Source: Candidatus Acidiferrales bacterium
GTDB taxonomy: Bacteria; Acidobacteriota; Terriglobia; Acidiferrales; UBA7541
Direction: 5' to 3'
DNA: 64,000 bases
NCBI GenBank assembly: GCA_035280405.1
Contig: DATEFX010000048.1
Span: forward strand, 13,279 to 77,278
In this document: positions 1 through 8,683 of the stretch, one piece after another
How the letters are laid out: each line of letters starts with the position of its first letter
Numbering within the stretch: the first letter of the stretch is position 1
Program-made: the position numbers and the translations under genes
The notes under the pieces: generated by a model
The model's database searches: none
Told to the model about the DNA's origin: nothing
The model's input: the letters and a program-made list of their open reading frames with translations, nothing else

Positions 1-176
1 CGCTCGAATCGCTGGCGCACTTCCGGTGTGCTGGCGAGATGCTGCGGGAGAATCTTGATGGCGACGTCGCGCCCCAGCCGCGTGTCGCGCGCGCGGTACA
101 CCTCTCCCATCCCGCCCGCACCGATGGGCGACTGAATCTCATACGGCCCCAGTTTCGTTCCGGAAGTTAAGGACAT
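1..176 (-). CDS. Ser/Thr protein kinase, N-terminal part (gene continues past window start)
   Basis: Minus-strand ATG at 176..174 then [44 protein letters not shown]: Hanks-kinase glycine loop GxGxxG and VAIK lysine motif. Confidence 0.8.
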   Translation of the reverse strand, partial: MSLTSGTKLGPYEIQSPIGAGGMGEVYRARDTRLGRDVAIKILPQHLASTPEVRQRFE

Positions 177-284
177 CGTGCGCCAGATTATAGGCCACTC
201 GTCTCCTCGCAAGCCAGCGGACGGCGGCAATCACGTGCTTGCGTCTATCTCAGTTCTCCGGCATCTTCTCCTTAGGAGGCTTTC

Positions 285-698
285 ATGCAGACCGCGACCG
301 TGAAATGGGTGGGCGACGAACAATTCCTGGCGACGCTTCCTTCCGGCCACGCCGTCCCAATCGACGCGAATCGCCAGCACAATTCCGCCCCCGGTCCCAT
401 GGAGATGATGCTCGCAGCGCTCGGCTCCTGCTCGGGCACGGATGTCGTCCTCATCCTTGCCAAGAAGCGCCAGAAGCTTGAGTCGCTCGAAATCGTCATC
501 AATGGCGAGCGCGCCGCCGAACCGCCCACGGTCTGGACCAAGCTTGAGGTTCTTTATCGCCTCTGCGGCACGCTCGAAGAGCAAGCCGTTGCTCGCGCCA
601 TCGAACTCAGCCAGACGAAATACTGCGGCGCCATCGCGACGCTCCGAAAAACCGCCGATATCTCCTTCCGCTACGAAATCCTTCCTGCAACGAAATGA
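285..698 (+). CDS. OsmC/Ohr family protein
   Basis: 137 aa; MEMMLAALGSCSGTDVVLIL and C-terminal YCGAIATL are typical of the OsmC two-Cys fold; AGGAGG 7 nt before the ATG. Confidence 0.75.
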   Translation: MQTATVKWVGDEQFLATLPSGHAVPIDANRQHNSAPGPMEMMLAALGSCSGTDVVLILAKKRQKLESLEIVINGERAAEPPTVWTKLEVLYRLCGTLEEQAVARAIELSQTKYCGAIATLRKTADISFRYEILPATK

Positions 699-813
699 TC
701 TCCCGGCGCCAATCATGCTCCGCCGCGACTAGCCCAGGAACTTTCAGCGACCATAAGCAAAAGAGCCGGAGCAGTTCGCCCCGGCTCTCTGTCCCTGCCT
801 CTTTGACTCCGTG

Positions 814-2280
814 TTAGTGTCTCAGGTCCACCTTTTCCGCGACCATCGTCGGCGTTCCGCTTGTGTTGAACAGCAAGCCGCCCACGGAAACAACGTTTCC
901 GTTGGCCAGACTGCTGATGCCTGTCACGTTCATCATCGCGTCATCGTCTGATTCAAACTCCGTGGTCGAAAGAACGTCCACCTGAATCGCACTAATGCTC
1001 GCGTTCGTGAAGAGCGGCGGCAGCATCCCCAGCGTGAACATCGGCGGCGTTCCCGAAGCATTGATCGCCGTGATCGTGCCCGTCACCTCCGAGCGCACGA
1101 GTTCCACCTGGTCCGCGGTGATCGTGATATTCGACGGTGTTCCGCCGGGCACCAGGCTGGTTGGGTGCACACGCACGGCCTGGCCAAGCATCATGTCGCT
1201 GATGCTCGCGAAGTTCAATCCCGAAGGCAGCGTCAATCCGTTCGTATCGATCGAGAAAGTCGCCCCTGGCGCGACGTCCACAGTTAGCGGTATTCCAATC
1301 GAGACGCCCGACATCTGTTGCCCGCCGAATTCATCGTCTTCGAAAATGACGATCTGGAAGCTGTTTCCGGTCGTGTTGATCGAGCTGACTGTCCCGCGCA
1401 GTTCGAACATGCTCGGCGGCGAAAACGCTTCCACGTCCGTCGCCATCAGCGTGCCGTCCGACGCCTGCTGCACTTCCACTTTCACGATCTGTCCCGTCTG
1501 CAGGCACGAAAAGTTGTTCACCGAACAGGAATCTTCAAAATCAAACTGCGTGTTACTGTTCGTCATAATCGTCGAAGTGGTTCCCATAAACGGCGTCTGC
1601 AGCGTGAAACTCTGGTGCGTTTGGTCAATGGCGGTAATCTGTCCGACCAGTTCCGTATCGTCCTCGTGACCCTGAAAGCTGGGCGCGGGAAGTTGCGTCA
1701 GGATCACCGTCGGCGTAATCGAAAGGTCCGTCGACTGCACCGAAGCATTCACGTCGAAATCCATCCGGAGCGCCAACGGCGATGCGGAGCTGAGCGTGAT
1801 CGGAAACGGCGCCATCGGCGCCTGCACGGTGACCGACGTCTGATTCAGCGTCGGCGAAAACTCGCATACCTGCTGATCCGCGCAGCTCTGCCCGCCCAAC
1901 GTCAGTGTTCCGCCAGTCTGGTTCAGAATAGTCATCTCCGGGTTTGCGAGGCTCACTGTGATTCCATTGTACGTTCCTGCTGGCACGTTCACGTTGGCCA
2001 GCAGGGCGGAGTCGGTCTGCAAATGCTCCAACTCGACGTCGTCGGGGTGGCTGATGAGCGACACCGCTTGCCCTCCCACGCCGCTCGGCGTCAGGCTCGC
2101 GCCGGTGATTTCCAGCTCGAAGGCGAGTACGGTCACGCCAGTTGGTGGGTTATCTTTGACGCTGAAACTCACTGGCACGGTTCCTGCGCCGGGCTGGTTC
2201 AACGACATACTGCCGCTGCAGCCGATCAGTGCGGCCGCAGTGAATACCAATATTCCTGCTCCCGTAATCATCCGGTTCAT
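814..2280 (-). CDS. Hypothetical secreted lipoprotein (Thr/Ser/Val-rich)
   Basis: Track ORF 814..2385; internal start MNRMITGAGILVFTAAALIGCSGS gives a signal peptide with lipobox; no catalytic motif recognised. Confidence 0.55.
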   Translation of the reverse strand: MNRMITGAGILVFTAAALIGCSGSMSLNQPGAGTVPVSFSVKDNPPTGVTVLAFELEITGASLTPSGVGGQAVSLISHPDDVELEHLQTDSALLANVNVPAGTYNGITVSLANPEMTILNQTGGTLTLGGQSCADQQVCEFSPTLNQTSVTVQAPMAPFPITLSSASPLALRMDFDVNASVQSTDLSITPTVILTQLPAPSFQGHEDDTELVGQITAIDQTHQSFTLQTPFMGTTSTIMTNSNTQFDFEDSCSVNNFSCLQTGQIVKVEVQQASDGTLMATDVEAFSPPSMFELRGTVSSINTTGNSFQIVIFEDDEFGGQQMSGVSIGIPLTVDVAPGATFSIDTNGLTLPSGLNFASISDMMLGQAVRVHPTSLVPGGTPSNITITADQVELVRSEVTGTITAINASGTPPMFTLGMLPPLFTNASISAIQVDVLSTTEFESDDDAMMNVTGISSLANGNVVSVGGLLFNTSGTPTMVAEKVDLRH

Positions 2281-2678
2281 GCGAAATCCTCCCTTGAGTT
2301 GTATGCACACGGACATGGAAAGAACTGACTCGGCTGGGATAGGACGCTGAAAATTCGATGCGTAAGTTTTGGTCAAAGATGCCAAGATTCAGATTTCTTG
2401 AGATTTTTTTGTTGCGAGGAACTGAACGGTACTACGAAGGGCCAGGCGGCTGCGGCTACGAATTCCGTGTCAACTTTGCGACAAAGTCTGCATATAAGAG
2501 TCGTGTTTACGTCATGGACTTGTATTTCGTGTCGATCAGATTTCTATCCAGACGTTTCTTGTCGGCTCGTTCGGATCTCAAATGACAAATCTTGTCTCGT
2601 TGTAGGAATAATGTATCCAAGCTAATCCCGATTCGAACCGTTTCCTGTGACGCTCGTTCGCTCTGCCTTGCCCGCAAT

Positions 2679-4086
2679 TCACCTCCTCGCGCAGCTCGCC
2701 TGGGCCTGAATGCATGGGAGCTTCTGCGCCTGCCACGCATCGAATCCGCCCGTGACGTTCATCACATTTTGAAATCCGGCCGCTTCGAGCAAGCTCGTCG
2801 CAATCGAGCTGCGATAGCCGCTCTTGCAGTGCACCGCCACGGGTCTCGCGCGATCCAAATCGGCGAGCGAATTGCGTAATTGATCGAGCGGCTTGAGGCG
2901 CGCCTGCTCGATATGACCTGCTTCCCACTCCGCATTCTTGCGGACGTCAATCACCTGTAAGTTTCCATTCTGTTCGCCGATCGCCCGCTCCAAGTCAAGA
3001 ACAGAAATTTCCGGTACCTGCGACGCGGTCAGTCCCGCTTTCTGCCACGCCAGCATTCCGCCATCAAGATAGCCTTGGACCTTCTCGATGCCCACGCGCG
3101 CCAATCTCATCTGCGATTCGTGCAGCCGATCCGGGTCCTCCGCGACAAGAATTATTTTCGAATCAAGCCCCAGCAAAATCGCAGCCCACGACGCGTACTG
3201 CCCCGAAAGCGCGATGTGCAGAGCTCCGGGCACGTGTGCCGCGCCGTATTCCGCGGTAGGCCGCGTGTCGAGCACGACCGCGCCCGTCCTTTGCTGCGCC
3301 TGCACTTCGCTGGGCGAGAGCGCCTTCAGCTCGGGCAATTTCTCCAGCGCCTCCGCTCCTTGCCGGTTGATTTCGGCGTCGAGGCGGAAATACTCGGGCC
3401 GAGTCGGCAAATCGGAGGTCAGCAGATGCACGAACTGCTCGCGGCTCATCGGCCGCAGAGCGTAATTAAACTGCCTCTCCTTGCCGATCGTCGAGCGCCG
3501 CTCCGGACTGATGTTCCTCCCGCAGAGCGAGCCCGCGCCGTGCGCGGGAAAAACCTCCACCGTATCCGGCAGGCTGAGAAGTTTCGTGTGTAAACTGTCG
3601 TACATCAGCCCCGCGAGCTGCTGCGGCGTGTGCTCCGGCGACAAATCGGGGCGTCCGACATCCCCGATGAACAGCGTGTCGCCCGTCAGCACGGCCCACG
3701 GCTCTTTCGATTTCTCCAGATCGGTCACGAGCACGCACATGCTTTCGAGCGTGTGGCCGGGTGTCTCCAGAAACCGCAGCACGGTCTTCCCCAATCGAAT
3801 TTCATCTCCGTCTTTCGCCGGCTCGTGGGGAAAGCGCGCGTCCGCCTTCGCTCCGATGTGAATCTTCGCTCCCGTCCGCGCCGCGAGTTCCCCGTGGCCG
3901 GAGACGAAGTCCGCGTGCAGGTGCGTCTCGATGATGTGCGCGATGCGCAGGCCGTTTTTGGCAGCTTCGTCGATGTAGAGTTCGACGTCGCGCTGCGGGT
4001 CCACAACCGCCGCGACGCCTTCCGAGCCGATCATGTACGACGCATGCGCGAGGCAGGAGAGGTAAAACTGCTCAAAATACATCATG
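2679..4086 (-). CDS. MBL-fold persulfide dioxygenase fused to two rhodanese domains (ETHE1/CstB-like)
   Basis: Metallo-beta-lactamase HxHxDH motif (IIETHLHADFVSGH) followed by two rhodanese modules with active-site Cys (VHCKSGYRSS); start MMYFEQ overlaps the stop of the upstream TPR gene as ATGA. Confidence 0.8.
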
Positions 4087-5059
4087 CACCTCCGCTTCCT
4101 GTGGAGAATTGCATGTTCCTCGTGATCCGCCGCGCGTACGCCGCCGGCGGGTTGTGCGCTATCGTGCCAGCCGCCTTCTTGAAGAATTCCTGCGCGTTGT
4201 CCTTGTCGCCGAGCTTCTCGTACGTCTGGGCGATCATGCACTGGATGAAGGGATCGTTCTGGTTCGATTTCTGGAAATTATCGAGCGCAGTGTTGTAGTC
4301 GCCGCGATAAAATGCGACGTAGCCGACGAGATACGGAAGAAACGCTTCCTGCTGCGGATTCCCGCCTTTATCGAGAGCGGCTTTGGCCGCGGCGACGTCC
4401 TTATCCGCTTCGGCGAAATTCCCGCGGCGTGCCGCGAGCCGAGCCAGCGCATGCTCCCAGCGAAATTCCCACAAATCCTTGCGCGCCTCCGAAATATTCG
4501 GCTCCTTCAATCCCGCTTCGTGGCCGATGCGATACCACTTCTCCGCCGCGTCCAGATCGCCGGAGTCAATGCAGACGCGCGCGGCCTCGTCGGCGATTTC
4601 GCCCTGCTGGAAAAAATCCTTCGTCGCGACAAAGTAATCGAAGACTTTCTGCTCGTACTCACCGGCCTTCGCGCAGTTGCCCTCGAACGCGTAGGACATG
4701 GCCATCGCGCGCTGCGTCGCGGCCTTGATTTGATCGGTTGGCGCGGAATCGATCGCCCTCTGGAAATATTTGCGCGCCTCGTCGCCCTTGCCCATCAAGT
4801 CGAGGACGGTCCCGGCCGCATTGTTCGCGGGGAGCGAATTCGGATAGGTGGCAAGGACTTTCTGGAAGACCGCGAGCGCATCGTCGAGCTTTCCCTGGCG
4901 CGCCAGCGCGTTGCCCTGACGGATGAACTCGGGCTGCTCCTGACGCTGCACTGTCGGCGCGGCCTGCTCGCCAGGGCGAGCGGGCTGTTGCGCGAGAATC
5001 GGAGCGGGAACCAGAAACAAAGCTGCTAGAGCAAGAAAAAGTCTGGTGGGTGCACGCAT
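4082..5059 (-). CDS. Secreted TPR-repeat protein
   Basis: Start MRAPTRLFLALAALFLVPAPILAQQ is a signal peptide, followed by several TPR-like helices; the track ORF's extension to 5317 is read-through of a repeat element, not coding. Confidence 0.7.
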   Translation of the reverse strand: MRAPTRLFLALAALFLVPAPILAQQPARPGEQAAPTVQRQEQPEFIRQGNALARQGKLDDALAVFQKVLATYPNSLPANNAAGTVLDLMGKGDEARKYFQRAIDSAPTDQIKAATQRAMAMSYAFEGNCAKAGEYEQKVFDYFVATKDFFQQGEIADEAARVCIDSGDLDAAEKWYRIGHEAGLKEPNISEARKDLWEFRWEHALARLAARRGNFAEADKDVAAAKAALDKGGNPQQEAFLPYLVGYVAFYRGDYNTALDNFQKSNQNDPFIQCMIAQTYEKLGDKDNAQEFFKKAAGTIAHNPPAAYARRITRNMQFSTGSGGA

Positions 5060-5150
5060 GGCGCGGATTATCTCACAAATCTTGCGCGGGGTGAGATCAT
5101 GCGGCGCGCTAGGGGAGTCGGCGTCGCCGCGGAGCAGCGGCGCACGCAAG

Positions 5151-5261
5151 TGAAACTCATTTGCGATCAGGATTTCGTAAGTGCTGTGTTTGCAGCAACA
5201 TGACTCTTCGCGACTGTGCGTTTCATTTGCGATCAGGAACTTAAAATTTTGCGTGAGTTTC
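5151..5261 (+). repeat. MITE-like element, copy 1: 8-bp terminal inverted repeats GAAACTCA/TGAGTTTC and internal 16-bp direct repeat TCATTTGCGATCAGGA x2
   Basis: Read directly; a near-identical inverted copy lies at 58637..58738. Confidence 0.7.
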
Positions 5262-5330
5262 TTGCTGGATGCCGGGGATCGGCAGGGGTGGGAGGCTATC
5301 CGGCGAGGGAACTCCACCGGGGGCCTCGAG
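5262..5330 (+). repeat. Conserved GC-rich ~70-nt element, copy A (TTGCTG..TGCCGG..GGCAGGGGTG..AACTCCACCGGGGGCCTCG)
   Basis: Second copy at 31672..31743 in the same orientation; shared invariant 19-mer and a 5-bp hairpin in which a G-C pair becomes G-U. Confidence 0.6.
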
Positions 5331-5524
5331 ACGGGTCGGTTACGCTGGCGAGCTGTTGCCTGCTGAACATGTCATATATTATCCAGAAATTAAATCGTTT
5401 GGCAAGAAAATTCTTAGACGGGATCTCTATCCCCTTGCGCGGCGGCACAGGCCAAGAAGAATATCGCGGCTTCAGACGCGGGCGGGGCCGGAGCCGCGGA
5501 ATTCAGGTGTATACTTTGTGAAAT

Positions 5525-7870
5525 ATGGTGACTCCAAAAGCCCACGAGGATCAGAGACTTGTGAGGCTACGAGCCGGTGAGCCTTTGATATTTGGTCTGC
5601 CGGTGGGGCGGCCAGAGACTGCAGCGGAGCGGGCCTCTCGAACCATACCCGCTGTCTGGCTTTCGAGCCTAGCCGAAGGGCCCTCGCGCACGGTTCGCGT
5701 CCCTGTCACGATCGTTAACGGATTCATTGATGGCGCGATTGATTGGCGGAACGCGCTGTTTGAAAGAGAGATTTGCCTCTCAGATACGGAGGTCTCGGGC
5801 GTAACTGATGCATCATTTAGTACATTCAAGGGCCCGTTACTTTTTTCAGGGACATCATTCATAGGAGGGGTTTCGCTTGTAGGTGCCGATGTAAGCGGCC
5901 AAGGGGTTTTTCAGGGGGCGCTTTTCGGCGCTGAGGCGCATTTCAGCGATGCTGTTTTCAGACATACAGCGGACTTCCGCGGGGCGCGATTCCTCTCTTT
6001 AGCTTTTTTCGAACGAGTCGAAGTCGGGGGTGGGATGTTTTTTCGGCCGGACGACGATGGACGGGGTGTGGTTTTTCATGGCCCGGTTCGGTTTATGGGA
6101 GCCTCAATCGGAGGAACTGTTGAGTTCGATGGAGCGCGGTTCGAATCGACGGTAGTTTTTGAAGAAGTCTCGGTCGGCAAGAGCATGTACTTCAGAACGG
6201 ATGTCAACGGAAATCGCCTTACCTTTCACAGTGACGTTCAGTTCTTGGGCACTTCCGTCCGGGGGAGCGCTGAATTCGATGGAGCTCTCTTTTCCGGGAC
6301 CGCTGGGTTTGAGAGATTCAAGGTGAAGGGCCCATTGTTTTTCCGCCCGGATAAGAACGGAAGCCCAGTTGAGTTCGGTAAATCGGGCCAGTTCCTCAGC
6401 CTGTCCGTCGAAGGACAAGCAATTTTCAGTGGGTCTGTTTTCGAGGCGGACGCGAATTTTGATGGTGCTCGGTTTGGAGGTCTCGCTATCTTCCGGGCTA
6501 CGCCGGAGGGGTTGCAGACTATATTCAAGAGCAAGGCCACGTTCAGGGGAACAACTGTTGGCGACAATATGGAGTTCGATGGCGCAGAGTTCTTGGGCGC
6601 AGCCATTTTCGAAAACATCCGAGTTGGAGGGTCAGCTTTCTTTCGTGCGGCGCAGGGAAATGATTCTAGAATTCCGATGCGTTTTGCCGGGGAGGTCAGT
6701 TTTGTTGGCGCGTCGTTCGAGAAAAAAGCGGCGTTCGATGGGGCGGTTTTCGAGAAGGACGTGTGGTTCGGATGGGTTCATGCCAGCGGTCCGCTTTTCT
6801 TCCGCGGTGCCCGCTTCGAGGCTGCTGTGGCGTTTGATGGCATGCGGGCCGACGGCGGAGCCCTCTTTGTAACTGATGAGTCTGGCAGCCCGGCCATCTT
6901 TCACGGACCTGCAAGTTTTGCTTCCGTAACATTTGCTCTTGACGCCCAATTCAGAAGCGCTCAGTTCGAGCAACCAGTCAGATTCCGAAATGCGCATTTC
7001 TTTGGGGCAGCTGATTTCACTTCCGCGAGCTTTGCATCCGACAATTGTGCCAAGTGGAGCGGCACTCATCTTGAACTTGGCGCTACCGGGGAACGGGCCA
7101 GGTTTGAGGGTACTGCGGACTTTACGTGTGCCGTGGCGGATGGCGACGCGCTGTTTCAGGAGGCAGCTTTCGGCGGTCATACTACTTTTCGGGAGGCTCG
7201 ATTTCATGTGGTCCGTTTCGCGGAAAGGCTAACAAGCGCTCGCCCCGCTGGCGAACCAAGGCAATTTCGGGGACACGTTGACTTGCGAGGATTCGCCTAC
7301 GAGCGAGTCTACGTGAATTGGCGCGAGCTTTTCGGCCAGATGGAATACGACCGCCAGCCGTATACACAGATGCGGAATGCTGTCCGTGCCACTGGGGACG
7401 ATCAGACAGCGGATGAGATCTATGTCGCTCAACGTGGGGTTGAGAGGCGGGCTAAATGGCATGCCGGTGAGTATCTCTCTTCGCTAGCTGATGGATGCTA
7501 CGCGCTTGTGAATTATGGTGTCCGGCCGTTCTGGCCTCTGGTAGTAATAACGATTGTCGTTCTAACTTTGGGCACCTGGGTGTTCACGCGTCCGCATGCT
7601 GTGACGTACCGTGAGCTTAATCTCCGCGTCGCCGATCCGCCGCAGCTGACGCTTATGCAGGGTCTGGGAGTGAGTTTTCGCGAGTTTGTACCGGTCGAGA
7701 TTCCATCGGGGCAGCGGTGGGTACCGACTGGGAATCGTGTTCCTGTTCTAGCGCTCCCGTTCACAGCCTACGCATCTCTTCAGCGCTTATTCGGATGGCT
7801 GCTTGTACCACTCGGCATCGCTGCTTTGACAGGGCTGTTAAGACGCGTTGGTGCTGGAAGGGTGTACTGA
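5525..7870 (+). CDS. Pentapeptide-repeat protein with C-terminal transmembrane domain
   Basis: 781 aa built from more than 12 tandem degenerate units of pentads such as AEFDG ALFSG TAGFE RFKVK GPLFF; two hydrophobic helices at the C-terminus (FWPLVVITIVVLTLGTWVF; LFGWLLVPLGIAALTGLL); lies in an AT-richer islet. Confidence 0.7.
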   Translation: MVTPKAHEDQRLVRLRAGEPLIFGLPVGRPETAAERASRTIPAVWLSSLAEGPSRTVRVPVTIVNGFIDGAIDWRNALFEREICLSDTEVSGVTDASFSTFKGPLLFSGTSFIGGVSLVGADVSGQGVFQGALFGAEAHFSDAVFRHTADFRGARFLSLAFFERVEVGGGMFFRPDDDGRGVVFHGPVRFMGASIGGTVEFDGARFESTVVFEEVSVGKSMYFRTDVNGNRLTFHSDVQFLGTSVRGSAEFDGALFSGTAGFERFKVKGPLFFRPDKNGSPVEFGKSGQFLSLSVEGQAIFSGSVFEADANFDGARFGGLAIFRATPEGLQTIFKSKATFRGTTVGDNMEFDGAEFLGAAIFENIRVGGSAFFRAAQGNDSRIPMRFAGEVSFVGASFEKKAAFDGAVFEKDVWFGWVHASGPLFFRGARFEAAVAFDGMRADGGALFVTDESGSPAIFHGPASFASVTFALDAQFRSAQFEQPVRFRNAHFFGAADFTSASFASDNCAKWSGTHLELGATGERARFEGTADFTCAVADGDALFQEAAFGGHTTFREARFHVVRFAERLTSARPAGEPRQFRGHVDLRGFAYERVYVNWRELFGQMEYDRQPYTQMRNAVRATGDDQTADEIYVAQRGVERRAKWHAGEYLSSLADGCYALVNYGVRPFWPLVVITIVVLTLGTWVFTRPHAVTYRELNLRVADPPQLTLMQGLGVSFREFVPVEIPSGQRWVPTGNRVPVLALPFTAYASLQRLFGWLLVPLGIAALTGLLRRVGAGRVY

Positions 7871-7892
7871 GAAGCGCCACCCTCTGGTTAAC

Positions 7893-8165
7893 TCAAGATC
7901 TGCGGCGGCGAGGGGAGTCGAGCATGGCGGCGCGGAGGAGCTTGTTGATGCGGGTCTGGTAGCCTTTACCCTGCGCCTTGAGCCAGGCGAGGACGTCGGC
8001 ATCGAGTCGGATGGTCAGCGGCTTCTTGATTGGGCGATAGAACTTCCCGACAACGGCGGAGCTCCAGTCGCGAACTTCGGCGGCATCGGACAGGTCAATC
8101 TTCTTGTCGGCCAGGGCGGACACAGCGGCCAGTTCCTTTGCCTGCTTCTTAGAGATTTTCTTCAT
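7893..8165 (-). CDS. brnA: BrnA antitoxin (ribbon-helix-helix, type II toxin-antitoxin)
   Basis: 90 aa; IRLDADVLAWLKAQGKGYQTRINKLLRAAM matches the BrnA family; 17-bp overlap with the upstream brnT. Confidence 0.8.
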   Translation of the reverse strand: MKKISKKQAKELAAVSALADKKIDLSDAAEVRDWSSAVVGKFYRPIKKPLTIRLDADVLAWLKAQGKGYQTRINKLLRAAMLDSPRRRRS

Positions 8166-8433
8166 AGAATTTCCTTTCTGAGGGCGTCGCCTTGCGGGCG
8201 GAAATGATGCGGATCACTTCCTCGCCGCCTTCTTCGCGGTACGTGTGGACGACGAGTAGGATGACAATCCCTCCGGCGAGGCCGAGCGTCTGCCAGCGTT
8301 CTTCGCCGTCCTCGATGCGTTCCAGCCGGCTAATGGCATGAGGATCGTCGAATACGAGCGCAGCGGTCTCGAAGCTGATCTTGTGTTTGGCGCGGTTGCG
8401 GCGGCTTTTGTTCTCATCCCACGTGAATCGCAT
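8149..8433 (-). CDS. brnT: BrnT toxin (RelE-fold, DUF497)
   Basis: MRFTWDENKSRRNRAKHKISFETAALVFDDP...VIRIISARKATPSERKFYEE is the BrnT signature; toxin-first gene order as in brnTA. Confidence 0.8.
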   Translation of the reverse strand: MRFTWDENKSRRNRAKHKISFETAALVFDDPHAISRLERIEDGEERWQTLGLAGGIVILLVVHTYREEGGEEVIRIISARKATPSERKFYEENL

Positions 8434-8558
8434 GTTCGCAGTGGCGATATTGTACATATAGAATAGTAGGCGCAGCAGATGATGTCAAGCTGAATGGGCA
8501 GCGGTTGCGCGCACGGTGGCAGAGGGCGTTGAGAGGAATGCCGGGCGCGAGCGGAGTC

Positions 8559-8577
8559 GTTGAGGCAGACCTCAACC
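8559..8577. promoter_or_regulatory. Palindrome GTTGAGG-N5-CCTCAAC upstream of brnTA (candidate BrnA operator)
   Basis: 7-5-7 perfect inverted repeat ~100-125 bp upstream of the brnT start, between the divergent brnTA and rplU promoters. Confidence 0.3.
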
Positions 8578-8653
8578 CTCTAGTCGCTCGCGAGAGGAAG
8601 ATCACTGTCAGTGTCGCCAACGTGTACAGTAAAAGATACGGTAAAACAGCGCG

Positions 8654-8683
8654 TTGACGGAAGGGGAAGCGAGCCGATATAAT
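8654..8683 (+). promoter_or_regulatory. Sigma70-type promoter of rplU-rpmA-obg (TTGACG-N18-TATAAT)
   Basis: Near-consensus -35 and -10 hexamers ~30 bp upstream of the rplU ATG. Confidence 0.6.

Noticed and set aside
995-2350. Long plus-strand ORFs (995..1669, 1318..2328, 1958..2350) antisense to the lipoprotein gene
   Set aside because: Arg/His-rich low-complexity translations typical of antisense frames in high-GC DNA; the minus-strand frame has a signal peptide and coherent composition.
2610-2650. GGTTCGAATC-like string (minus strand) suggesting a tRNA T-arm
   Set aside because: No acceptor, D or anticodon stems can be built around it, and it sits inside the 3' end or terminator region of the MBL gene.
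5062-5317. N-terminal extension of the TPR ORF, and matching extensions of ORFs 30115..31731 and 58485..60050 (shared peptides MEF(P/R)(R/H)R(I/L)(A/N)SHPC and LIANETHS...EILIANEFH)
   Set aside because: The similarity is at DNA level and comes from repeat elements read through in an open frame; better starts with signal peptides or ribosome-binding sites lie downstream.
5341-5370. Possible sigma54 promoter TGGCGA-N-TTGCC near 5343
   Set aside because: The GG-to-GC spacing is one nucleotide short of the -24/-12 consensus and no second example was found.
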